The notes: generated by a model not told the origin, from the sequence alone. A stretch of DNA of 37,173 nucleotides from Candidatus Woesearchaeota archaeon (GCA_964584825.1 CAZPBI010000004.1:1-37173), one strand, 5' to 3'; counted from the first letter of the stretch, positions 16,218-23,909 are shown. Made by a program: numbers and translations.

Positions 16218-17288
16218 TTACACCACACTCCCTTTTTTTCTTACAAACAAAAATGCCCCACTAATTCCAATTACTGCAACTGCTCCTCCAAGTATAAGTC
16301 CATATTTATCTAAAAATATTCCAACACCAGATAAATCAAATTTATCACATTTAATTTTATTAACCTCTTCTTCTTGAGTTTTACATGTTCCTTCTTCACA
16401 TAATCCGCTTATATTTACATCACATACTGTTGAATGGGGACAATCACTATTTACTACACATTCCGTTTCAGTTGTTGTAGTTTGTGCATCTTCAATATTT
16501 TGTTTTTGTTGTTCAAGTACTTGAGCAATATCTTCTGTTGTTGAAGCAGCAGTTAATTGTTCAGGTTGAGATGCAACATTCACACAAACACCATCATTGC
16601 ACTTCTCTGGACATGTTTCAACAGTCTTCCAAAATTCACTATCACAATCTGTTGCTCTATATTTTTGTTGCCTAACATCTCCACTGCATTGATAAGAATC
16701 TAGTGCTTGCTCTTCACAAACTGTTGGTTTATTTATGCAACTACCATTACTGCATAATTGTCCTGATGAACAAGTATAAGGAATTGACCATTCTGTTCCT
16801 CCACTAATACAAGTTTGTAATGTTGAAGCAGTAATACATTTTTTCTCTCCTTCATTGCAAATCTTAGTTGTAGTTGAAGAGAAACTATATTTTGGTTCAG
16901 CAACATTTGGTGAAGATATTGTTTTGAAAGTAATTCCACAATTTTTTGTCAAACCAATATAATTTGTACACCATTCATTTAAAATACTTACACAAGATTG
17001 TGTTTTATATCCGCAAGTTGCAGAAAAACTACTAATACCTCCTGACATAAATGTTGGGTCTATGTTTCCTGATATTTTTAGAGTTGTATTGTCATAAGGA
17101 ACTGTAGTATTTGTAGTGCATTGGTATGCTCCATTAGCAACAATAGGGCAAAGTGCTGTTGTAATATTATAAGTAGAAATCACTCCTAAGTATCCTCCCA
17201 TTTTCAATCCCACTATCAAAAATCCCACTACTAAAAATAACAAATAATATTTTTTCATAAAACTTTTTACATCAAATTTTTTTGCCAT
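16218..17288 (-). CDS. Cys-rich membrane glycoprotein-like protein (N-terminal anchor/signal, C-terminal TM)
   Basis: YYLLFLVVGFLIVGL at the N-terminus and ILGGAVAVIGISGAFLFVRKKG at the C-terminus. About 30 Cys, including the module CVVNSDCPHSTVCDVNISGLCEEGTC. Confidence 0.85.
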   Translation of the reverse strand: MAKKFDVKSFMKKYYLLFLVVGFLIVGLKMGGYLGVISTYNITTALCPIVANGAYQCTTNTTVPYDNTTLKISGNIDPTFMSGGISSFSATCGYKTQSCVSILNEWCTNYIGLTKNCGITFKTISSPNVAEPKYSFSSTTTKICNEGEKKCITASTLQTCISGGTEWSIPYTCSSGQLCSNGSCINKPTVCEEQALDSYQCSGDVRQQKYRATDCDSEFWKTVETCPEKCNDGVCVNVASQPEQLTAASTTEDIAQVLEQQKQNIEDAQTTTTETECVVNSDCPHSTVCDVNISGLCEEGTCKTQEEEVNKIKCDKFDLSGVGIFLDKYGLILGGAVAVIGISGAFLFVRKKGSVV

Positions 17289-17353
17289 TTCAACACCATC
17301 TTTTATTCCTTACCCCTAACCTATTCCATCTAAACATACCATTCTAACATACC

Positions 17354-19066
17354 TCACTTTCTTCCTCTTCCAACAAAAGGGTCAGTAACTGGAGAGACAC
17401 CTTCTCCAACTTGTTTAATTACAGGAACATTTTTTGCCGGTCCCTTACGGAAAATTATTGCAAGAGATATGAGAGAAAGTGCTGTAATTACTATAAGCGC
17501 TATTAAAAAATAGTCCGTATCTTTTTCGCAATATCCTTTTTCACTTTCCCCAAGCAACCCCCACCAAATTGGTGTCTTCTCTGTAACCCAGTGCTCTCCT
17601 TCTTCGCATTCTATCTCACATTTACAATTTTCCAAATTTAGTTCTGTCGGAGCTTTACATTCAACTGTACAAGAATCTTTTCCACAATCATTTTGTGTAT
17701 TTTTTACAGTTCCATCAGAACAGCAATATTTATCTGTAGGAGCAGGTTTGTCATAATATCCTTCTTTATTTACACAACATTCATTTGGACATTGTTGTTT
17801 TGTAACCACTGTTTGTTTGCACTTATAATCAGCATCACAACTATAATTTATTGGGCACTCTGTATCATAATAGCATTCAACAGATTTAACAACATTAAAA
17901 CTACAAGATGAAGTTGTTGTTCCTGGGTTCAAACAAACAGGTTTAACAATTGATTTCTTTTCTTGGTCATATCTTTCAAATCTTCCACAATCTATATCTT
18001 GCTTGCAACTTACTTCTCCAGTTGCTTTACAGGTGTTTGTAATTGCATCGCACGCTGCGGTACTTCCACAATCGCTTGTTCCTGGGCAGCATTGAACTCT
18101 TGAACCTGTTTTTAATTCGCATCTTTTTTGATTAACATATTGCTTACAGACTTTATTGTCTCCGATTAAATTATATTCACTACACACTTGAACATTTGAC
18201 TCTACACAACCATACTTTTGTAAAGTTAAACTGCTACAAATAGTTTGTTGTGGACAATCTGCATCTGTTTTGCATTCTTCTTCAATATTTCCACAAATAC
18301 TTCTTTTAGAAGGATTTTCAACTAAGTAGCATTGTCCAGAAGGGATTGTAGTAGATACTGAAGTTTCAGAAGATTTAATTAATTTTTCAGAAGTATCGTA
18401 AATTGATTTGTCTGTAACATAACTACAACCAGCAGAAGTTAAAATAGAAAGTCCTGTTATACCTTTTGCATCAGATGGACATGGCGAACCTCCGCAATAC
18501 ATTAATTGTTCTCCAACTTTTGTATAACTTATTGTTCTTGATGTTGGTGTTTGAACGAAAGTACCAATTGGTTGTGAAGTATAAATTTTTTGTCCATTAT
18601 AAATTGTTTTTGGAAAACTGCCTATTGTTTCATATGAACCAGAATCACAATAGTAATATATTGCTGTTCCAAAAAAGTCTGTTTGAAATCTACAATTTGA
18701 AGCATTTTTAATTAAATAAATTTCTTTTGTTGTAGCAGTTGAAGTAAGTGTTGCATAATAAGTTCTTTCAGTAGCATCTGTAATTTTACATTGTATATCT
18801 TTGCATGTAAATGCTTGGTTAGGTGTTAATGTCACAGTAGTTTGAGTAGTTTCACGATTTCCGCAACATATATAATCAAAATTATTACAATAATATGGAG
18901 TAAATGTTGCTGTTCCTGTAACTGCTCCTAAATTAATTCCAGTAATTGACCCAATCCCACCACTAATCCATCCTAAGTTAAAAATTCCAGTAAAACCTCC
19001 AACACCTAATATAATTACAAAAAGTATTGCAAACAAAACTATTGTAGGTGTTTTAGGTTTTGCCAT
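17354..19066 (-). CDS. 570-aa Cys-rich membrane glycoprotein-like protein (candidate spike/receptor-binding or fusion protein)
   Basis: N-terminal helix IVLFAILFVIILGVGGF and C-terminal TM FLIALIVITALSLISLAIIF with a cytoplasmic tail. Repeated C-x2-D-x-[DE]-C-[PG] modules (CKTDADCPQQTIC, CKQDIDCGRF, CYYDTECPINYSC). Very high Cys content. Confidence 0.9.
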   Translation of the reverse strand: MAKPKTPTIVLFAILFVIILGVGGFTGIFNLGWISGGIGSITGINLGAVTGTATFTPYYCNNFDYICCGNRETTQTTVTLTPNQAFTCKDIQCKITDATERTYYATLTSTATTKEIYLIKNASNCRFQTDFFGTAIYYYCDSGSYETIGSFPKTIYNGQKIYTSQPIGTFVQTPTSRTISYTKVGEQLMYCGGSPCPSDAKGITGLSILTSAGCSYVTDKSIYDTSEKLIKSSETSVSTTIPSGQCYLVENPSKRSICGNIEEECKTDADCPQQTICSSLTLQKYGCVESNVQVCSEYNLIGDNKVCKQYVNQKRCELKTGSRVQCCPGTSDCGSTAACDAITNTCKATGEVSCKQDIDCGRFERYDQEKKSIVKPVCLNPGTTTSSCSFNVVKSVECYYDTECPINYSCDADYKCKQTVVTKQQCPNECCVNKEGYYDKPAPTDKYCCSDGTVKNTQNDCGKDSCTVECKAPTELNLENCKCEIECEEGEHWVTEKTPIWWGLLGESEKGYCEKDTDYFLIALIVITALSLISLAIIFRKGPAKNVPVIKQVGEGVSPVTDPFVGRGRK

Positions 19067-19067
19067 T

Positions 19068-19517
19068 CTATTTCACCTCAAATGGGGTTTTGTATTTTAT
19101 ATATTTGAATATATATAATAGAATATATATTATAATTGCAGATAATATCAAATCAAAAATTATTCCCATCAAACTAAATCCTTTACTCAAAACATTTAAT
19201 CCGACAATCCAAATAGAGTTAAGCAAAAACCATTTAGTAAAAACTTCTTGGGGTTTTAAGGTTTTAAACAAGAATTTGTGATAAATAAAACCCAAAATTG
19301 TCCACTTGACTATTTCCACTATTGCAATTACAACAAACATCCCTACTGTAACAATTCCCAATATTGTTGCGAAAAATGGAAGTAACTCCAAACCACCAGT
19401 TAAGGTGGAAAAAGTTATTCCAATAAGGTTACCAATTAGAAAAATTATAATGGAATATGCAACAGCAACTATTCCCCCAAAAATAATCCATTCACGAAAA
19501 TCAAAATCTTCTACCAT
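19068..19517 (-). CDS. Polytopic membrane protein (about 4 TM)
   Basis: ATG behind GAGGAG. Helices IIFGGIVAVAYSIIIFLIGNLIGI, LLPFFATILGIVTVGMFVVIAIV, and others. Confidence 0.8.
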   Translation of the reverse strand: MVEDFDFREWIIFGGIVAVAYSIIIFLIGNLIGITFSTLTGGLELLPFFATILGIVTVGMFVVIAIVEIVKWTILGFIYHKFLFKTLKPQEVFTKWFLLNSIWIVGLNVLSKGFSLMGIIFDLILSAIIIYILLYIFKYIKYKTPFEVK

Positions 19518-19548
19518 TATTTTCTCCTCACAAAATTTTAAATATTAA

Positions 19549-19576
19549 GGAGGCAACCAAAAAAATAATCGCCTCC
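19549..19576. terminator. Stem-loop (GGAGGC-16 nt-GCCTCC) flanked by A/T runs; possible attenuator/partial terminator after the first gene of the operon
   Basis: A perfect 6-bp GC-rich stem in AT-rich DNA, between 19608..20618 and 19068..19517. It is flanked by an A7 run on one side and a T7 run on the other, so a T-run follows the stem on either strand. Confidence 0.4.
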
Positions 19577-19607
19577 ATTTTTTTGAAATAAGGATTTAAT
19601 TTAGTAA

Positions 19608-20618
19608 CTAGTTGATGTAAATATTCTGGTCAACATTTGCTCTTCCAATCGCTGTCCCGTCTTCTGTATCTTCAATATCATATTTGAAACCGTGTCCATC
19701 AGTTGCATCAAAGTATAAGCTAGTGTCCAAGAACGCAATGTTAATATCATTTGCCAAATCATTCTGCCCAATTCCGCTCTGTATTTTAACAGTCAATGTC
19801 ACAACTTTCTTTGTCAAATCTGGTAGTGCTGAGAAATTGAATCTTGCTGCATACTTCCTACTGATGTATGTCAAAGGCAATCCAACGCTTGTTGCATCTG
19901 TTCCATCTGGGTTTTTGAATCTAACACTATTAATCCAGCTGCTGTTGTAATCTGCAACTGCTGTTATCCCAGTGTCTACTGCGTATGGGTCACCGAATGA
20001 TGCTTTGCTCGGTCCTTTGAGTGTGATTTCAATACTATCAGTCTCTCCTACTGCCATATCCCACTGAGTTCCTGATGCATTTACTGTTCCATCAGGGTTA
20101 TTTGCCCAAGCTGTCAATGCTCCTTCTTTATACATCTTAACACTCACTGATGCTGTCGGTGCTATTGGCACAACATAATTTCTATTAATCCAGCCGTACC
20201 AATCATTTGTTCCATCAAGAACAACGCTTGTGTTACCATCAACCCCTGTCGTCTGACCATCATCAAACATCGCTATTGAAAGTGTTTCTCCTGGATTCAC
20301 ACTTACTGTCGCTGTTAACAGAGAACCACTATCTAAAATAGTAGCACTATTTCTCTGTACAATTCCTTCAACATCTACAACTGCCCCAGGAACAAAATTG
20401 TCCTCAGGTGCCAGAGATAGAGTTGTTGAAGTTATTGTCTGGTATGATTGCAAACCTGTTGTAGTTGGAGTTGTAGTTGTGGTTGTTGTTGTGGTTACTG
20501 CTTCTCCTGTAGTCGTTCCTTCAGTAGGCGCTTTTAAATATCCGCCACCAAACAGAATCGCTACAACGAAAAGTCCTATGATAATCCACTTGGTATTTTG
20601 ATTTTGTCCATTTGCCAT
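19608..20618 (-). CDS. Probable major structural/surface protein: N-terminal TM anchor, poly-Thr stalk, beta-rich C-terminal domain
   Basis: First gene after the promoter region, with a strong SD (AAGGAGGT). WIIIGLFVVAILFGGGYL anchor, then TTTTTTTTTPTTTG. The nucleotide composition is visibly GC-richer than the neighbours. A stem-loop follows. Confidence 0.85.
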   Translation of the reverse strand: MANGQNQNTKWIIIGLFVVAILFGGGYLKAPTEGTTTGEAVTTTTTTTTTPTTTGLQSYQTITSTTLSLAPEDNFVPGAVVDVEGIVQRNSATILDSGSLLTATVSVNPGETLSIAMFDDGQTTGVDGNTSVVLDGTNDWYGWINRNYVVPIAPTASVSVKMYKEGALTAWANNPDGTVNASGTQWDMAVGETDSIEITLKGPSKASFGDPYAVDTGITAVADYNSSWINSVRFKNPDGTDATSVGLPLTYISRKYAARFNFSALPDLTKKVVTLTVKIQSGIGQNDLANDINIAFLDTSLYFDATDGHGFKYDIEDTEDGTAIGRANVDQNIYIN

Positions 20619-20831
20619 AAGTTTTTACCTCCTTCTTAGTATATGGAGTTATTCTTTTGTATAGAGAAGGCAAACTAATTTATTTATTAGATATATAATT
20701 AGCTTCCCCTCACACCAAAAAACAACTTCCTCCTTTCCCTACTTTTTTCACTGCCTAATAAAAGACAGTTACTTTTTTTAGGTTTAGATGGAGCTGTTGA
20801 GTAACTCCAATATATTTTATAAATCTTTCAC

Positions 20832-20873
20832 TATATAAAGGTTTTTATTTTGGAGGAGTTTTGGAGTGTTTTG
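20832..20873 (-). promoter_or_regulatory. Leftward promoter of the structural operon: TATA (TTTATATA in minus sense, 20832-20839) + A-rich spacer + tandem C-rich upstream element
   Basis: The minus-sense reading CAAAACACTCCAAAACTCCTCC-AAAATAAAAACC-TTTATATA aligns with the elements at 25388..25424 (minus) and 26040..26082 (plus). Confidence 0.5.
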
Positions 20874-20880
20874 ACTAAAA

Positions 20881-20927
20881 TGTGAAAAATTTAATATTCT
20901 CTAATAGAATATATTAAATTTCTCACA
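20881..20927. promoter_or_regulatory. 47-bp imperfect palindrome (operator candidate) between divergent promoters
   Basis: Arms are TGTGAAAAATTTAATATTCTCTA (20881-20903) and TAGAATATATTAAATTTCTCACA (20905-20927). By my count 20 of 23 positions are complementary. Confidence 0.55.
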
Positions 20928-20946
20928 CATTCAAAAAATAAATAGA

Positions 20947-20960
20947 TTTATATATAACAA
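20947..20960 (+). promoter_or_regulatory. TATA-box promoter of the AbrB-like gene (TTTATATATAACAA)
   Basis: A 14-mer identical to 26075..26088, which sits upstream of the second AbrB-like gene. It lies 42 nt before ATG 20989. Confidence 0.55.
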
Positions 20961-20988
20961 CAAATATATTTAATATTAAGGATTTACC

Positions 20989-21210
20989 ATGAATTTGATA
21001 AAAGATATTGCTGGAGAATATACGACACAAAAACTATTAAAAATCGGCGGCTCAACTGCCATAACACTCCCAAAAAATGTTCTGAAAAAAATGCATTATT
21101 CAAAAAGTAGTAAGGATATAATATACACTTTTTTAGTTCATGAACATGGGAAGGTGAATAATAAATTCTTAATTGTGACGATAGAAAATAATGACTGGGT
21201 CGAAGATTAA
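20989..21210 (+). CDS. AbrB/SpoVT (MazE-like swapped-hairpin) family DNA-binding protein
   Basis: KIGGSTAITLPKNVLKKM matches the AbrB-type core (G-x-S-x-x-[IV]-x-[IL]-P-K). This is the only plus-strand gene left of 25.3 kb. Confidence 0.6.
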   Translation: MNLIKDIAGEYTTQKLLKIGGSTAITLPKNVLKKMHYSKSSKDIIYTFLVHEHGKVNNKFLIVTIENNDWVED

Positions 21211-21274
21211 CAACGTCGCCAAGAAGTGGGCTTTGTGGAGAGCGAAACAGCAAGTAGTTCTATGAAGCAAGAAG

Positions 21275-21304
21275 CCATAACCTCAAACATTGTTTAGGTT
21301 ATGG
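21275..21304. terminator. Bidirectional terminator-like hairpin between convergent genes
   Basis: A perfect 9-bp inverted repeat CCATAACCT (21275-21283) / AGGTTATGG (21296-21304) with a 12-nt loop. It lies between 20989..21210 (+) and 21309..21704 (-). Confidence 0.5.
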
Positions 21305-21308
21305 TAAT

Positions 21309-21704
21309 TCACACACTAAACTCTCCTAATTTTTTGCTCCATCTTCTTGCTTTCTCTTTCAATTTTTTACTATACCATTTCATGTTGGTATTAATCCAAT
21401 ATTTTCCTTTTCCAAATTTCTCCCTACATAATTTTTCAATATCTACACTCCAAAACTCTTCAGGAGTTAGAGATAAGACAACAGGATTTACAACAGGCAT
21501 ACACTTAATCCCTTTTAAATAACGAGGATTAGTCTTGATTTTGTGTATGAGATAACTTGCAACATCATGCTCTCTTTCAAACACTTTAAGAGATTCTTTT
21601 TTTAATCTCAAAACCAAAACTTCTTTTTCTTTCTTTTTCTCTTCTCTATCTTTCTCTAATTTTTTTTGAATTTGAAAATATTTTTTTAATTTATCACTTT
21701 CCAT
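21309..21704 (-). CDS. 131-aa basic hypothetical protein
   Basis: The tracked start 21728 is TTG. ATG 21704 (MESDKLKKYF...) follows GAAGAGGA. Lys/Glu-rich N-terminus and a Trp/Lys-rich C-terminus. Confidence 0.6.
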   Translation of the reverse strand: MESDKLKKYFQIQKKLEKDREEKKKEKEVLVLRLKKESLKVFEREHDVASYLIHKIKTNPRYLKGIKCMPVVNPVVLSLTPEEFWSVDIEKLCREKFGKGKYWINTNMKWYSKKLKEKARRWSKKLGEFSV

Positions 21705-21930
21705 TTTTTTTATCCTCTTCAAGTTCAAGTCCCAATCTCTTTAGTTTTTCATCAACAAAAAACATACCACAAAAACATACAAACGCAAAAAATATTGCAG
21801 CATAAAACGCAAACAATGGAGAATAAAGAGCAAGAACTGCTAAAAATAAAAATACAAACACATCATTATCAAACTTCCTTTTTACTAATTGTACTCTATA
21901 CTCTTGCTTCCAATTAATTTTTTCACTCAT
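21694..21930 (-). CDS. 78-aa membrane protein (2 TM), downstream partner of the prohibitin gene
   Basis: Helices VFVFLFLAVLALYSPLFAFYAAIFFAFVCFCGMFF. It starts 4 nt after the prohibitin stop. Confidence 0.65.
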   Translation of the reverse strand: MSEKINWKQEYRVQLVKRKFDNDVFVFLFLAVLALYSPLFAFYAAIFFAFVCFCGMFFVDEKLKRLGLELEEDKKNGK

Positions 21931-21934
21931 TTTT

Positions 21935-22735
21935 TCACTTATTCATATCAGATGAAATTTGTATAAAAGGTAACACTCCACCTGTAGCAAGTGGCAATTT
22001 CCCATCCCATTTTTGAGTGGCAAGATATGTAATGTATTGTGGGCTTTTGATTAACTGTCTATTAATAATTTCAATTGCATTTGCATCTCCTTCTGCCTTT
22101 GCTGCTGCTTGTAATGCTTCAATTTTTATTCTCTCTAAATCAAATTCACTTTTCAATTTCAATTGTTGAGCAACAACTTTCTGCTCAATTGATTTGTTAA
22201 ACTCTTCCGAAAATTTAAAATCAGTAATGCTAATTGTCTCTACAACAATATTATATTGCTCTAATCTTTCTAAAATTGCTTCATCAATTTTTTGTTTTAC
22301 TAAAGGGCGTTGAGTTATTAATTCCTCTGCTTTGAAATTTGCAGTAGCAGCTTTTACTGTCTCCTGAATTGCTGGGTCAATTATTCTTACTACATAATCC
22401 TTTCCTACTTTTTGATAAATTTCGCTTACTTTATCTGGACGAAGATGATAATTCAAAGCAACAGTGGTATTTACAATTTGCAAATCCGATGATGCTGCTT
22501 CTGCTTTTGCCTCTTCCTTTAAAGTTCTTACACTAAGTATATCCACAGTTTGAGCTATTGGAATAACAAAATGTATTCCTTCGTCTAAAACATTTTTATT
22601 TACTGCACCCCATGTCAATAAGATGCCTCTTTCTCCTGGTCCAACAATTTTAACTGTTAAAGTTAAAAGTAGAATAACCATAACAAACCCAAATATTATT
22701 TTAGCAATTAATGGCATTATATCTTCTTCTTCCAT
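21935..22735 (-). CDS. SPFH/Band-7 protein of the prohibitin type
   Basis: An N-terminal TM, then GERGILLTWGAVNKNVLDEGIHFVIP. NFKAEELITQRPLV matches prohibitin RFDAGELITQRELV, and FSEEFNKSIEQKVVAQQ matches FGKEFTEAVEAKQVAQQ. The 266-aa length is prohibitin-like. Confidence 0.9.
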   Translation of the reverse strand: MEEEDIMPLIAKIIFGFVMVILLLTLTVKIVGPGERGILLTWGAVNKNVLDEGIHFVIPIAQTVDILSVRTLKEEAKAEAASSDLQIVNTTVALNYHLRPDKVSEIYQKVGKDYVVRIIDPAIQETVKAATANFKAEELITQRPLVKQKIDEAILERLEQYNIVVETISITDFKFSEEFNKSIEQKVVAQQLKLKSEFDLERIKIEALQAAAKAEGDANAIEIINRQLIKSPQYITYLATQKWDGKLPLATGGVLPFIQISSDMNK

Positions 22736-22749
22736 TTTTACTCAACTCC

Positions 22750-23634
22750 TTAAAAGGTTTCTTCTTCAAACTTCTTTAATTTTAGCAAAACATTATTTTC
22801 GTCTTTTAATTCATGTTCCCAAATTATTAATGTTTTATATCCATGCTCTGCAAATATATTCTTTCTATATTCTTCTTCTTCCTTATTACTTCTTCCAGTT
22901 AATTTTTCACCATGCCAATAATCACCAAACATTTCTATACACTTCTTTTGACCGTTAACATTTACAAAATCTGGAATACAATTGTTTATTACAGCAGTTC
23001 CATTACCAGTATATTTGTATGGTAAATTTAATTCTTCAATTAGTTGTTGTAATTTTTTTTCTTGTATATTTGGTCTAAGACACATATGTGAAAACATTTT
23101 TTTAAGATGTTCTTCTGATAATTTTCTTCCTTTTTGTGATTCACTACACTTTCTTGCTTTTTCTTTTCCTTTAGTGTTTTTATACTCTTCAGAGTTTACT
23201 GTTTGTTTTCTTTTTCTAATTGATTCTTTTCCTATTGTCTCTTTCCATTTTTTTGAACTTTTTGTACGTTTTTGATTCTCAACTGCTTCACTATTTTGCT
23301 TCCTTCCTGTTAATGTCTTACTTCTTTTTATATTAGATTCTTCAGTTTGTGTTTTTCCTCTCAATAATAAACTATGTTTTCTAAAAGTTTCTCTTCCAAC
23401 ATTTTCTATCCATTCTTCTGAGTGCTTTGTCCTGCTTTCACTTTCTCCTTGTCTTCTTACTCTGTCATCTGTTTCTGCTGTTAAGTCTTTGTTCCAAGGA
23501 ATATTTCCTTTTTTAAATGTATGCATATTTGAACTATCTTTTTTTGGTACATGTAAGTATTGTTTATATCCTCTGTGCGACTCACTGTTTTTTCTTCTAT
23601 GCTCTTCTGTTGGTTTATATCCTTTTTTAGGCAT
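22750..23634 (-). CDS. Free-standing homing-endonuclease-like protein: NUMOD3-type repeats + C-terminal Vsr-like nuclease domain
   Basis: The tracked start is TTG 23655; the ATG is at 23634 (MPKKGYKPTEEH...). There are at least 4 basic repeats of the type GYKPTEEHRRKNSESHRG / GKTQTEESNIKRSKTLTG / GRKLSEEHLKKM. The C-terminus IPDFVNVNGQKKCIEMFGDYWHGEK ... GYKTLIIWEHEL follows the Vsr pattern PD-[IF]-V ... G-x-[FY]-WHG ... GW-x-V-x-x-x-WE. Confidence 0.7.
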   Translation of the reverse strand: MPKKGYKPTEEHRRKNSESHRGYKQYLHVPKKDSSNMHTFKKGNIPWNKDLTAETDDRVRRQGESESRTKHSEEWIENVGRETFRKHSLLLRGKTQTEESNIKRSKTLTGRKQNSEAVENQKRTKSSKKWKETIGKESIRKRKQTVNSEEYKNTKGKEKARKCSESQKGRKLSEEHLKKMFSHMCLRPNIQEKKLQQLIEELNLPYKYTGNGTAVINNCIPDFVNVNGQKKCIEMFGDYWHGEKLTGRSNKEEEEYRKNIFAEHGYKTLIIWEHELKDENNVLLKLKKFEEETF

Positions 23635-23669
23635 TATTATTCTTTTCCTTCTCAACTTTACTTACTTAT

Positions 23670-23909
23670 TCACTTCTCCTTTTTTACTTCTACATTTTGT
23701 ACACTTCTTGCCATAATAATAAACACTATTCCACATACCATTACTAGAATTCCCAGTCCTGTTAATGCCAAATCAACGCCACAAGTTTTGGTGAAACATC
23801 CCTTCATGAGAAATAAAATAGCTGATAGAAAAACAGGAACAAAAATAAAAACTATTCCCAACCAAAAATAATAGTGATATATTGTATTGTTATTTTTTTC
23901 ATTTTTCAT
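23670..23909 (-). CDS. 79-aa 2-TM membrane protein, paralogue of 23916..24194
   Basis: TM1, then loop CFTKTC, then TM2 (LALTGLGILVMVCGIVFIIM). The architecture matches its neighbour. Confidence 0.65.
   Translation of the reverse strand: MKNEKNNNTIYHYYFWLGIVFIFVPVFLSAILFLMKGCFTKTCGVDLALTGLGILVMVCGIVFIIMARSVQNVEVKKEK

Noticed and set aside
20470-20515. Short-period nucleotide repeat (gttgtagttg...) that looked like a tandem repeat
   Set aside because: It is simply the Thr-codon run of the stalk. It has no repeat-spacer structure and is not a CRISPR array or satellite.
20398-20601. 67-aa plus-strand ORF containing VVVVVVVVV
   Set aside because: It is the antisense reading of the poly-Thr (ACN) stalk region of 19608..20618.
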